Part shown: positions 27,801 through 39,600 of the stretch, piece by piece
How positions within the stretch are numbered: the first letter of the stretch is position 1
How the letters are laid out: each line of letters opens with the position of its first letter
DNA from: Chrysemys picta bellii
Taxonomy: Eukaryota
NCBI RefSeq assembly: GCF_011386835.1
Contig: NC_088807.1
Span: 26,288,001-26,352,000, forward strand
Length of the DNA stretch: 64,000 bases
Direction of reading: 5' to 3'
Position numbers and translations under genes: made by a program
Notes under the pieces: model-generated
The model's input: only the letters and a program-made list of their open reading frames with translations
Told to the model about the DNA's origin: nothing
Databases searched by the model: none

Positions 27801-30591
27801 GGACGTGCTGGAGGAGGACGACGGGGAGTATCAGTGTATCGCCCGCAACACGCGGGGCACCGCCCGCCACATCTACACCGTCACCGTGGAAGGTACCGGC
27901 GGGGGCTGCGAGTCGGGAGTGAGGGGCACCCGTAGGGCTGGGGGGCAGGGCTGGGAGGCAGGGGGCTGCGGGTCGGGAGTGAGGGGCACTGGCAGAGCTC
28001 GGGGGCTGCGGGTCAGGAGTGGGGGGCACCAGTAGGGCTGTGGGGGCAGGGCCGAGCCGGCAGGGGCCGCGGGTCAGGAGTGAGGGGCTAGGGGGCAGGG
28101 GCTGTGGGTCAGGAGTGAGGGGTACCAGCAGAGCTGGGGGGCAGGGCCAGGCCAGCAGGGGGCTGTGGGTCAGGAGTGAGGGGCACCAGTAGGGCTGGGG
28201 GGCAGGGCCGAGCCGGCAGGGGCCGCGGGTCAGGAGTGAGGGGCTAGGGGGCAGGGGCTGTGGGTCAGGAGTGAGGGGTACCAGCAGAGCTGGGGGGCAG
28301 GGCCAGGCCAGCAGGGGGCTGTGGGTCAGGAGTGAGGGGCACCAGTAGGGCTGGGGGGCAGGGCCGAGCCGGCAGGGGCCGCGGGTCAGGAGTGAGGGGC
28401 TAGGGGGCAGGGGCTGTGGGTCAGGAGTGAGGGGTACCAGCAGAGCTGGGGGGCAGGGCCGAGCCGGCAGGGGCCGCGGGTCAGGAGTGAGGGGCACCGG
28501 CTCTCACCCCCCTTCCCCCCCCAGCCGCCCCCTACTGGGCACAGCAGCCCCACAGCCGGGTGTACGGCCCCGGGGAGAACGTTCGGCTCGACTGCTCCGT
28601 CTACGGGAAACCCAAACCCCGGGTGTCCTGGAGGGTCAACGGCGTCCCCTGGGGAGGTGAGAACGGGGGGAGGGGCTGGGCGGGACACGGGGTGGGGAGG
28701 GGGCGGGATGTGGGAGCGGGGACAGTGGGTGGGGCTGGGCAGTGGGCGGGGCCGGTCAGTGGGTGGGGGCGGGGTCGGTGGGCGGGGCCAGATAGTGGGT
28801 GGGACAGTGGGCGGGTTGGGGCCGGGGCAGTGGGCGGGGTTGGCAGGGACAGTGGGCGGGGGCCCAGCAGTGGGCGTGGTAATGGGCGGAGCAGTGGGCG
28901 GGGGTGGGGCAGTGGGCGGGGCCAGGTAATGGGCGGAGCAGTGGGCGGGGGTGGGGCAGTGGGCGGGACACGGGGCGTCTCTGCTGCCCCCCCAGCCGCA
29001 TCTCGCCCCCAGAGCTGGCGCCGGACTCGGCGCGGATGCTGCGCTCGGGGGCCCTGATCCTCACTCAGGTGCAGCCCAACGACTCGCTGGTGACGCAGTG
29101 CGAGGCCGTGAACCGCCACGGCCGCTTGCTGGCCAACGCCTACATCTACGTCATCCGTGAGTGCCTGGTGACCGCCGCCCCGGCAACCACCCCTCATCCC
29201 CCCTAGCGACCGCTCCCTAGCAACCATCAATCATCCCCCAGCAACCACCACCCCGGCGACCGCCGCCTTGGCAACCAGCCCTAGCGATCGCCCACTAGCA
29301 ACTGTCAATCATCCCCCTAGCAACCACCACCCCCAGCAACCAACCACTGGCAACTGGGCCTAGGTTACAGCTTCCTCCTCCCCCTACCAGCCACCCCCGA
29401 GCAACCACCACCCCTGGCAACCAGCCCAGCCCTGGCAACCGTCCCCCAGCAACCAGCCCTTGGCAACCATCCCATCTCTGGCACCCTCTCCCCCAAGGGC
29501 AGCTCCCAGGGGCCCATCCTGCCAGGCATCCCCTGGGTGGGTGGGTTTGGGGGTGCAGGGGCGGGGATGGGTCCAGAGCCCCCCTTACCTCCCCCCCCTG
29601 CAGAGCTCCCGGCGAAGATCCTGACCCCGGACGAGCAGCGCTACGCCGTGGTGGAGAACCAGACGGCGTCCCTGGACTGCCAGGCCTTCGGGGCGCCCAT
29701 GCCCAGCGTGGAGTGGTGAGGGGACCCCCCGTGTGCGCGCTCCCTGCCCCCCCCTGCACTGCTGCCCCCAGACACCACCTCCTTCCCTCTCACTCGCCCC
29801 CACTGTGTGCCCCCGGCGCTGCGAGCTTCCCCGCAGCAGTGCCCTGGGCAGGGTGCCAAGTGCCCCTGACACGCCCCCGCTGGCAGGTTCACCGAGCGGA
29901 TGGAGCCGGCCCTGCAGGACGAACGCGCCTTCGTCCACACCAACGGCACCTTGCACCTGAGCCGGGCCCAGCGCCAGGACACCGGCGCCTACGTCTGCCT
30001 CGCCCAGAACGACCAGAACAACGTCACCATCAACGCCTGGCTTGAGGTCAAAGGTGGGGCCCCCGCGCCCCCCAGCATGCCGCGGGGCGGGCCGGGAAGG
30101 GAGGGGCTGAGGGGGGAGCAGGGCATGCTGGGAAGGGAGGGGCTGAGGGGTGGAGTTTGGCGGAAAGGGAGGGGCTGAGGGGGGAGCGGGGCAGAAAGGG
30201 AGGGGCCGAGGGGAGAGCAGAGAGGGCCGAGAAGGGAGGGGCTGGGGGCGCAGCAGGGCATGCTGGGAAGGGAGGGGCCGAGGGGGGGAGCGGGGTGGTC
30301 CAGGAGGGGCTGAGGGGGGAGCGGGCCGGGAAGGGAGGGGCTGGGGGCGCAGCAGGGCATGCTGGGAAGGGAGGCAGCCCGGGCGCTGCCCCCTGTCACC
30401 CCCAGTCCCGTCCCGTCCTGTCCCGTCCCAGGCGCGACGCGGATCGTGCTGGGACCCCAAAGTGCTGTGGTGAAGAAATTCAGCAACGTGACCTTCCAGT
30501 GCCGGGCACGGTTCGACGAGACGCTGCCGGAGCGCGGAGTCGAGTGGCGGCGGGACGGGCGCCTCATCCAGGAGTCGGACGACAGCGACAA
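21896..30591 (+). CDS. L1CAM: L1 cell adhesion molecule, copy A: signal peptide through the first half of Ig6, 13 coding exons, cut by the gap
   Basis: Exons 21896-21977, 23796-23810, 24101-24206, 24313-24500, 25334-25456, 26191-26361, 27467-27578, 27708-27892, 28525-28656, 29013-29156, 29604-29715, 29887-30053, 30432-30591. The joined frame is open. It contains [32 protein letters not shown] and [12 protein letters not shown], and most exon lengths match human L1CAM as I recall them. Confidence 0.93.
22098..23226 (+). promoter_or_regulatory. Tandem array of 23 x 49-bp units carrying RE1/NRSE (REST-binding) motifs, copy A
   Basis: Unit GGGCTGTAGCTACAGTCAGCACCACGGACAGGGCTCCGGGTGTTGCATT. By my count 14 of 23 units have a perfect TCAGCACCnnGGACAG core. 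Confidence 0.85.
23796..23810 (+). CDS. L1CAM: L1CAM 15-nt micro-exon (YEMHN), equivalent to the mammalian neural YEGHH exon
   Basis: cacag|ACGAGATGCACAACC|gtgagt, phase 1-1 and in frame between the signal-peptide exon and the Ig1 exon. Confidence 0.85.
25540..26100. repeat. About 70-bp VNTR in L1CAM intron 5, 8 units in copy A
   Basis: CCCTGACCCAGGGCGGGGACTGGCTGG recurs every 70-71 bp. Confidence 0.92.
27893..28500. repeat. Minisatellite in L1CAM intron 8 (GGGTCAGGAGTGAGGGG variants)
   Basis: Tandem variant units; the copy B array at about 43285-43790 is shorter. Confidence 0.88.
29180..29470. repeat. GCAAC-rich degenerate repeat in L1CAM intron 10 (RFX half-site-like)
   Basis: About 13 copies of (T/C)(A/G)GCAAC(C/T) in about 290 bp; duplicate at about 44460-44750. 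Confidence 0.7.
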
Positions 30592-30594
30592 GTG

Positions 30595-31094
30595 NNNNNN
30601 NNNNNNNNNNNNNNNNNNNNNNNNNNNNNNNNNNNNNNNNNNNNNNNNNNNNNNNNNNNNNNNNNNNNNNNNNNNNNNNNNNNNNNNNNNNNNNNNNNNN
30701 NNNNNNNNNNNNNNNNNNNNNNNNNNNNNNNNNNNNNNNNNNNNNNNNNNNNNNNNNNNNNNNNNNNNNNNNNNNNNNNNNNNNNNNNNNNNNNNNNNNN
30801 NNNNNNNNNNNNNNNNNNNNNNNNNNNNNNNNNNNNNNNNNNNNNNNNNNNNNNNNNNNNNNNNNNNNNNNNNNNNNNNNNNNNNNNNNNNNNNNNNNNN
30901 NNNNNNNNNNNNNNNNNNNNNNNNNNNNNNNNNNNNNNNNNNNNNNNNNNNNNNNNNNNNNNNNNNNNNNNNNNNNNNNNNNNNNNNNNNNNNNNNNNNN
31001 NNNNNNNNNNNNNNNNNNNNNNNNNNNNNNNNNNNNNNNNNNNNNNNNNNNNNNNNNNNNNNNNNNNNNNNNNNNNNNNNNNNNNNNNNNNNNN
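30595..31094. other. Assembly gap (500 N, fixed size so true length unknown)
   Basis: Run of exactly 500 N. Confidence 0.99.
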
Positions 31095-34000
31095 GATTGG
31101 TGGTGGGGGGGGCAGTTGGACGGTCCCCTCTGTGTTCCCAGAAACTGCTCCTCCCCCGCAGCAAGTACTGGGAAATACCCCCGCCCCCGCCCCCCCAGCC
31201 CTGCCGGTGCCCCTCACTCCCGACCCGCAGCCCCTGCCCCCCAGCCCTGCCGGTGCCCCCCACTCCCGACCCGCAGCCCCCACCAGCCCAGCTCCGTTTC
31301 CAGGCATCGCCCCTTCCCCAGTCCAACTTCTCCGCCCCCCAGGAATTCCCCAGCCGAGAGGGAGGCTGGGGTCGCGGTGAGGGGATCCCGCTCCCGGAGC
31401 AGGGAGAACCCAGGCGTCCTGGCTCCCAGCCCCCGCCCAGGGAGGGGCCGGGCGCTGGGGGAGGGGCGGCGGAGGGAGGGGTCTGACTCCGGATTATGTC
31501 ACAGGCTCTGCAGCCGCAGTGGGGAGCGGAGCGGTTCGGGCGCAGGTAGGGGATGGGATGGGGCTGGGGGGGTTCGGTCCGTCCGGCTGCTCCTGCCCCC
31601 CCTCCGGCCCGGCCCGGCCCCCGCTGGGAGGGGCGAGGGGAACCTGCGGGGATGGGGGCTGAGATGGGGGATGGGAGGGGCAGGGGGGCTGTGGAGGGGG
31701 GATGGGTGGGGCAGGGGGGCTGTGGAGGGGGAGGGGCAGGGCTCAGTGGGGAGAAGCGGGATGTCAGGCTGGGGGCTGTTCAGGGGGGTGAGGGGCCCTG
31801 GGGGGCCGGCTGTGGGGGAGGGGCTGGGCGGGGCTGAGCTCCGTGTCCGTGGGGTGCCTGGGGGGTGTGATGGGGGGTTGTATGCTGAGTTGTGAGCCTG
31901 GGGTTGTGGGTCTTGCACGTTGGGTGTGGCCGGTGTGTTGGGTGTGGCAGGTGCTGCGTGTTGTGATTTGTGCTGTATGTTCTGTGTCTGTGGGGTGCAT
32001 CTTGTGTCTGGCATGTGGGTTGTGTGTTGTGACGTGTGGGTTGTGTGGTGTTGTGGTGGGTTGCGTGTTGTGACATGTGGGTTGTGTGGTGTTGTGGTGG
32101 GTTGTGTGTTGTGACTTGTGGGTTGTGTGGTGTTGCGTGTTGCGGCCTGTGGGTTGTATGTTGCGTGTTGTGATGGGTGGGTTGTGTGGTGTTGTGCGTT
32201 GCGTGTAGTGTGCTGTGTGTTGTATGTTGCGTGTTGTGGCATGTGGGTTGTGTGTTGCGCTGCATAGGAGACAGGGCTGGGCGCGGCCTTTGTGTGGGTC
32301 GGGGGGGGGATCTGGGGCGGTTGGTCGTGTCCTAGAGCCCCCAGCCCCCCAAATCCCCTGGAATCCCCCAGCCCCTAACCCCAGCACACAGCGGGGGGGC
32401 AAGAGAGACAGACCCCCCCCCCGGACACCCCAACTTTGTGTGTGTGCCTGGGGGGGTGTCCAGGGAGCGGAGCTTGGGAACGGGATGGGGGGGACTCCCA
32501 GGCACTGGTAAATGGGGGGTGAATTCGTGTGGGGGAGAGTCTAGACGGGGGGGGAGAGCTCCTGTCTGTGCCCCTCACTCCCGACCTGCAGCCCCCTGCC
32601 AGCCCACCCTGCCGGTGCCCCTCACTCCCGACCCGCAGCCCCTGCCAGCCCTGCCCAGCCCTGTCCCCCCGCAGCCCTGCCGGTGCCCCTCACTCCCGAC
32701 CCGCAGCCCCCTGCCCCCCCCAGCCCTGCCGGTGCCCCTCACTCCCGACCCACAGCCCCTGGCCAGCCCCCCTGACCCCCAAGAGAGTCACTGGGCCTGT
32801 CTGCGAGGGGGTGTCTGAAAGTGAAGGGGGATCCCCCCCAGCCCATCCCCCCCCCCCCGGGAAGGGTGGGGTCATGGCAGGTGCTTGGGGGAGGGGAATT
32901 TCCACATGAGTTGCAGGCAAATTAGCGGGGGGGGGGGGAGCACCTGGCTCTGGGTACGTGTGTGGGGGAAGGGGAGTACACAGGGCCGTGGCCACCCGAC
33001 CCCCCTCCCCTCCCAGGGCCGGGAGAGAACCCAGGAGTCCAGGCGGGGGAAGGGGCCTGGCTGCGGCGATGGGCAGGGCTTGGCCCCGTCAGCCCGGTGG
33101 GGGGGTTGCTGTGTGGAGACGGCCCCCCCGGAGCCCAGGGGCCAGGGCCCAGCATGACACACCCCCCCCGACCCCCCCTGGCGCCCGGACTGCCCAGGGC
33201 AGAGTCACCTGTCAGAGCCGGTTAGTGGGAGCCCGGACTCCTGGGTTCTCTGCCGGCTCTGGGCAGGAAGGGGAGTCTGGGGGGTTAGAGTGGGGGTCTG
33301 GGAGCCAGGACTCCTGCGTTCTCTTCCCGGCTCTGGGAGGGGAGCGGAGGCTGGTGGTCAGAGCGGGGGGGGGGGGGCTGGGAGCCAGGAGTCCATGGAG
33401 CTGGATCCCCACATCCTGGGTGCCCCGTTTCCAGCCCCCCCCCCCACGCTGGCATCCGGCCTGTGCCACTGAGACAAGAACTCGTTTGTGTGGAGGCCAA
33501 GAGCCACCCCACCCCCACACTTCCGCTGTCCGCGGTGGGGCCTGACCCTGGGCCCAGCCCCCACAATGGGGCCCTGTTGGGGCAGGGCTGGGCTGGCAGG
33601 GGCTGCGGGTCGGGGAGTGAGGGGCGCCGGCAGGGCTGGGGGGTGGGGGCTGGGCTGGCGGGGGCTGCGGGTCGGGAGTGAGGGGCGCCGGCGGGGCTGG
33701 GGGGCTGGGCTAGCAGGAGGCTGCGGGTCGGGAGTGAGGGGCGCCGGCGGGGCTGGGGGCTGGGCTGGCAGGGGCTGCGGGTCGGGAGTGAGGGGCACTG
33801 GCGGGGCTGGGGGGCTGGGCTGGGCTAGCAGGGGGCTGCGGGTCGGGAGTGAGGGGCACTGGCAGGGCGGGGGGGGCAGGGCTGGGCTGGCAGGGGCTGC
33901 GGGTCGGGAGTGAGGGGCACCGGCAGGGCTGGGGGGTGGGGGCTGGGCTGGCGGGGGCTGCGGGTCGGGAGTGAGGGGCGCCGGCGGGGCTGGGGGGCTG

Positions 34001-36616
34001 GGCTGGCAGGGGCTGTGGGTCGGGAGTGAGGGGCACCGGCGGGGCTGGGGGGCTGGGCTGGGCTGGCAGGGGCTGTGGGTCGGGAGTGAGGGGGACCCTC
34101 TCCTCCCCTCCCCTCCCCCACCCTGTCATTCTCTCTGTCTGTTTTCCCTGGTGCCGGGTTTGAATCGGGTCCTTCTGTAAAAGGGCCGGGGCGGGAGGGG
34201 TCCTGGGGGGGCTTCAGAGCCCTTAACTCTTTGCTGTCCGGCTCGGGAGGGGAGCGGGGGCTGGTGGCGAGAGCGGGGGGAGGGCAGGAGCCCGGACTCC
34301 AGGGTTCTCTCCCTTGCCCCTGGTGGGGTCAAGGTGACTGTGGACCATTATCCCACTGCCTCTTGGTTGCCATGGAAACGCAGGAAATGCAGCAGCGGTG
34401 TGGGGGGGAGATGCCGGCACAACAGACAACACCTGGCGCTCGCCTCGAAACCCCCCGTCTGCCCCGGATACGCACACGTCCCCCAACAACCCACAGCCTG
34501 TGACATACAACACACCAACACCCCCAGCACTCAACACATCCACAACAACCCATAACACCCAACGCCCCCTGCCCCTGCAGCCCCGTGCAGCCCACCCACC
34601 CTCGGTAACACACAACAGGCTGCAGACGCCCCAGTGCCCCTTGCCTCCCCCCTTCGCTTGCTCCATGGCTCAGTGCCCGGAGTGTGACCCGCCGAACCCC
34701 CCAAACGCCCCCAGCAGCAGGATCCCCACGACGTGGGAAATCCCTAAATCGCCGCAAGCCCCCCCCCGAGACACTGGCCCAGGGGAGCAGGTGCCAGATC
34801 CGGGTGATGGGAGTGCGTTGTGGGGCCCATCCCCTCTGGGGGGCGCCGGCTCCCCCCCCCGGCCCCAGGGCAGGGCCTGGCTGGCTCAGGGGGCGGGGGG
34901 GTCAGATGTCTGACACCTGGGGTCTCTCTTCATGCCTGAGGAGTTTACAAGTGGCTGGGGGGGGTTCAGAGACCTTGGGACAATCCCCACCCCCCAACAT
35001 GGCCCAACCGCCCCCCCCTTCTCCCTCTGCTCAGGGGGCCTCGGACAGACGCTGTCAGTTGACGCATTAACTCCCTGGCTGCTGGAATATTTTTTTTTCT
35101 GAGAAACCAACCACAGAACTAGCAGGGGCTGCGGGTCGGGAGTGAGGGGCACCGGCAGGGCTGTCGGGGGGAGGGGCAGGGCTGGGCTAGCAGGGGCTGC
35201 GGGTCGGGAGTGAGGGGCGCCGGCGGGGCTGGGGGGCTGGGCTGGGCTAGCAGGGCTGCGGGTCGGGAGTGAGGGGCGCCGGCGGGGCTGGGGGGCAGGG
35301 CTGGGCTAGCAGGGGCTGTGGGTCGGGAGTGAGGGGCGCCGGCGGGGCTGGGGGGCAGGGCTGGGCTAGCAGGGCTGCGGGTCGGGAGTGAGGGGCGCCG
35401 GCGGGGCTGGGCTAGCAGGGGGCTGTGGGTCGGGAGTGAGGGGCGCCGGCGGGGCTGGGGGGCAGGGCTGGGCTAGCAGGGGCTGCGGGTCGGGAGTGAG
35501 GGGCGCCGGCGGGGCTGCGGGGGGGCAGGGCTGGGCTAGCAGGGGCTGCAGGTTGGGAGTGAGGGGCACCGGCAGGACTTGGGCGGGGGGGCAGGGCTGG
35601 GCCAGCAGGGGCTGCGGGTTGGGAGTGAGGGGCACCGGCAAGGCTGGGGGCTCCCCCCCCTCCAGTTTCTGCTCCCCCCCGTACTCTGGTTCCATCTGCC
35701 TCTGGGACATGGTGGCTCACAGGGGAGGTGCCCGGCGCTGGTGACCACAACGGTGCCAACTCCAAGCAGACAATGACGGAAACCCTGCGACCGACTCGTC
35801 TGGGCCCAGATCTTTGGGACCAGCTGCCTCCTCCCACTCCCCTCCCAGAGCTGGGGAGAGAACCCAGGCGTCCGGGCTCCCACCCCGCCCTGCTCTAACC
35901 CACCAGCTCTCCTCTCAGATAAGAATCCCTGACTTGATAACAAATTTACTTTGCTATCGTAGGGCTGGATAGGAGCCAGCGCCCCCTGGAGGGCACAGGC
36001 CCCAGCCCCATTCCCTGCCCCCCTCAGCCAGCCAGTCCCCGCCCTGGGGCTGAATGTTTAATAACAGCACAGTTTGTACAGGTGGCAGGGGCTGCGGGTC
36101 GGGAGTGAGGGGCACCGGCAGGGCTGGGGGGGCAGGGGCTGCGGGTCGGGAGTGAGGGGCGCTGGCAGGGCTGGGCTAGCAGGGGCTGTGGGTCGGGAGT
36201 GAGGGGCACCGGCAGGGCTGGGGGGGCCAGGGCCGGGCTGGCAGGGGCTGTGGGTCGGGAGTGAGGAGCATCTTTCCTCTCCTCTCTCTCCTCCTCCCTA
36301 TTAATAATTCATACCCCCTCCCCCGTCGCCGGCACTTTTCCATCTGTTCCCGTGTCCGTCCGTCCACCCGTCTGTCTCCTGCTGGGGGAGGGGAGGGGCT
36401 GGGGGGATCCTGCTGGGTTGACAAGATAAGCCCCTTAGCCTGGTAATTGCCCCTGGGGAGGTTGGGGGGGTTCTCACTGTGCAGGAATTTGGGGGAGGGG
36501 CGGCGCTCCACCCCAGAGGTGGTCGCATGGATCTCGCTCAGTGATGGTGCTTCTCCCCCAGCCAGGTGCAGGGAGCGACCCGCGGCGCCCCCCAGCCAGC
36601 GCCGCCCGGATTGAGG

Positions 36617-39600
36617 ATGGCTCCCACGCGGGGCCAGCTGCTCCAGCTCTGGCCCCTGCTGTTCGGCCTGGCCGAGGCCCTCACCATCCCCAAGGAGTGT
36701 GAGTAGCTGGGGGGGTCGGGTCCGTCCCCCGCTTGAGCCAGAAGTGGGGCAGTCCAGGTGTCCATGGATGGTGGATCCCTCCCATTACCCTGCCATGGTA
36801 CAGTCCAAGTTTCAACCCATAGCTACAATCAGCACCACGGACCGGGCTCTGGGTGTTGCAATGGGCTGTAGCTACAGTCAGCACCAGGGACAGGGCTCCG
36901 GGTGTTGCATTGGGCTGTAGCTACAGTCAGCACCACGGACTGGGCTCCGGGTGTTGCAATGGGCTGTAGCTACAGTCAGCACCAGGGACAGGGCCCCGGG
37001 TATTGCATTGGACTGAAGCTACAGTCAGCACCACGGACAGGACTCCGGGTGTTGCAATGGGCTGTAGCTACAGTCAGCACCAGGGACAGGGCCCCGGGTA
37101 TTGCATTGGGCTGTAGCTACAGTCAGCACCAGGGACAGGGCCCCGGGTATTGCATTGGGCTGTAGCTACAGTCAGCACCACGGACAGGACTCTGGGTGTT
37201 GCATTGGGCTGTAGCTACAGTCAGCACCAGGGACAGGGCCCTAGGTGTTGCATTGGGCTGTAGCTACAGTCAGCACCAGGGACAGGGCTCCGGGTGATGC
37301 AATGGGCTGTAGCTACAGGCACCACCAGGGACAGGGCTCCAGGTGTTGCATTGGGCTGTAGCTACAGTCAGCACCACGGACCGGGCTCCGGGTGTTGCAT
37401 TGGGCTGTAGCTAGTCAGCACCAGGGACAGGGCTCCGGGTGTTGCATTGGGCTGTAGCTACAGGCACCACCAGGGACAGGGCTCCAGGTGTTGCAATGGG
37501 CTGTAGCTACAGTCAGCACCAGGGACAGGGCCCCAGGTGTTGCATTGGGCTGAAGATACAGTCAGCACCATGGACAGGGTTCCGGGTGTTGCATTGCGCT
37601 GTAGCTAGTCAGCACCACGGACAGGGCTCTGGGTGTTGCAATGAGCTGTAGCTACAGTCAGCACCATGGTCAGGGCTCCGGGTGTTGCATTGGGCTGAAG
37701 CTACAGTCAGCACCACGGACAGGGCTCAAGGTGTTGCATTGGGCTGTAGGTACAGTTCACCCCACGGACAGGGCTCTGGGTGTTGCATTGGGCTGAAGCT
37801 ACAGTCAGCACCACGGACAGGGCTCCGGGTGTTGCATTGGGCTGAAGCTGCAGTCAGCACCACGGACAGGGCTCCGGGTGTTGCATTGGGCTGTAGCTAC
37901 AGTCAGCACCGCGGACTGGGCTCAGGGTGTTGCATTGGGCTGTATCCGCCCGTGCCAAACCCATGGGTGGGGGGAGTTTCTGCAGGGGAGGAATCCATGG
38001 ATCTGATCCGGGGGTGGTTTTGCACATTCACTCTGGCACACTTTGCACGGTTCTTCATGCCGCAGTGCACAATCATTTTCTGTGCCTTGCTTGCTGTAAC
38101 ACCCGCTCATGTACAATCCCCCCTCGCTCCCCGTGAGCGCCCAGCTCCACCTGCCCTTCGCATGTGCGGTCGCGCACTCACCCTTCCCCACCCCCTCCGC
38201 TCACTCTTGTGCATGCTCACCCTCACCAAGCACCCTCCAGGCCTTGTGCCAGCTCACCTGGCACACTTGAGCACTCCCAGCTCTCTTGCACACTTTGGCA
38301 CACCCTCCAGTGCACACTCATGTCTCCCAGCACATCCCGCCTTGCAACCGTGGACATGCTCTGGCCAGTTTGCCTTGCACACTTCTGCACAAGCGCAGTG
38401 CACAACTTGCATGCTCACACCCACACAGCCCTCGGTCCCACTCCCGGGGCCCCCACGTGGGACGCCAGCTAACGTCTCTCTGTGTCTCTCCCCTCTGCTA
38501 CCCGGCGCCACAGACAAGATGCACAACCGTGAGTCCTGGGGTGAAACGGGGTATCCGGGGATTCTGGGCACACTCAGGCTGCGGCTTTGCACACTCACCC
38601 CCTTTTCCCAAGAACCCCCAGGGCCGTTTCGGATCCATCAGGAGAGAGATTGGGGGGGCCGTGGTGGGGAGGGGAAATGGGGGGGGTCTAGGGGGAAGTT
38701 TGGGAGAGTTCAGGGGAGGGGGAATTGGGGCACTCTGGGGAAGCTTGGGGTGGGACGGGGGGCAGAGCAGGTTGCTGGGTTCTCAGTCTCTGTAACAGCC
38801 CCCCCGCGCTCCCCCAGTGCGGCAGCCCCCTGAGATGATGGAGCAGCCGGCGGAGAAGCTGGTCGTGTTCCCCAGCGATGACATTGTGCTGCGGTGTGAG
38901 GCCACCGGGACACCCCCCCTCGAGTGAGTACGGCCCCTCTCTTCCCCACCGCCGCCTCCCTCCCCTCCCTGCCCCCCAGGGCCCCCAACCCCCCGGTGCC
39001 GCCCCGAGCTCCTCCCCCTCCCCCCACAGGTTCCGCTGGACGAAGGACGGGCGCAGGTTCGACCCGCGCCGGGAGGCCGGGGGTGACGGTCGTCGAGGGC
39101 TCGGGGACCCTGTACATCAACAACAGCAATGCGGGGCGGCACCAGGGCATCTATCGGTGCTACGCCAGCAACGACCTGGGCACGGCCATGGGGCCGGAGA
39201 TCCACGTCATCGCCGAGAGTAAGTGACCCCCTCCCCGCCGTGGGCAGTGCCCCTAACTCCTGACCCGCAGCCCCCCGAACCCAGCTGTTCCCCCCCCCCA
39301 TGCATCCGGCGCCCCGCAGCCCCTCGAACCCAGCCCTTCCCCCCCATGCATCTGGTGCCCCTCACTCCCGACCCGCAGCCCCCCGAACCCAGCCCTTCCC
39401 CCCCCATGCATCTGGCGTCCCTCACTCCCGACCCGCAGCCCCCTGAACCCAGCCCTCCCCCCCCATGCATCTGGTGCCCCTCACTCCTGACCCGCAGCCC
39501 CCCGAACCCAGCCCTTCCCCCCCCATGCATCTGGTGCCCCTCACTCCCGACCCGCAGCCCCCCGAACCCAGCCTTGGGCCCCCCCCCACTTTTACCTGCA

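Larger units (their letters stand above)
16140..30594. repeat. Duplicated segment, copy A (L1CAM upstream region through coding exon 13)
   Basis: Near-identical to 31095-45874. Ends at the first N gap with the same bases (GACAGCGACAAGTG) as copy B at 45861-45874. Confidence 0.97.

Noticed and set aside
30594-31486. ORFs spanning N runs (also 53944-55609)
   Set aside because: Artefacts of translating gaps as X.
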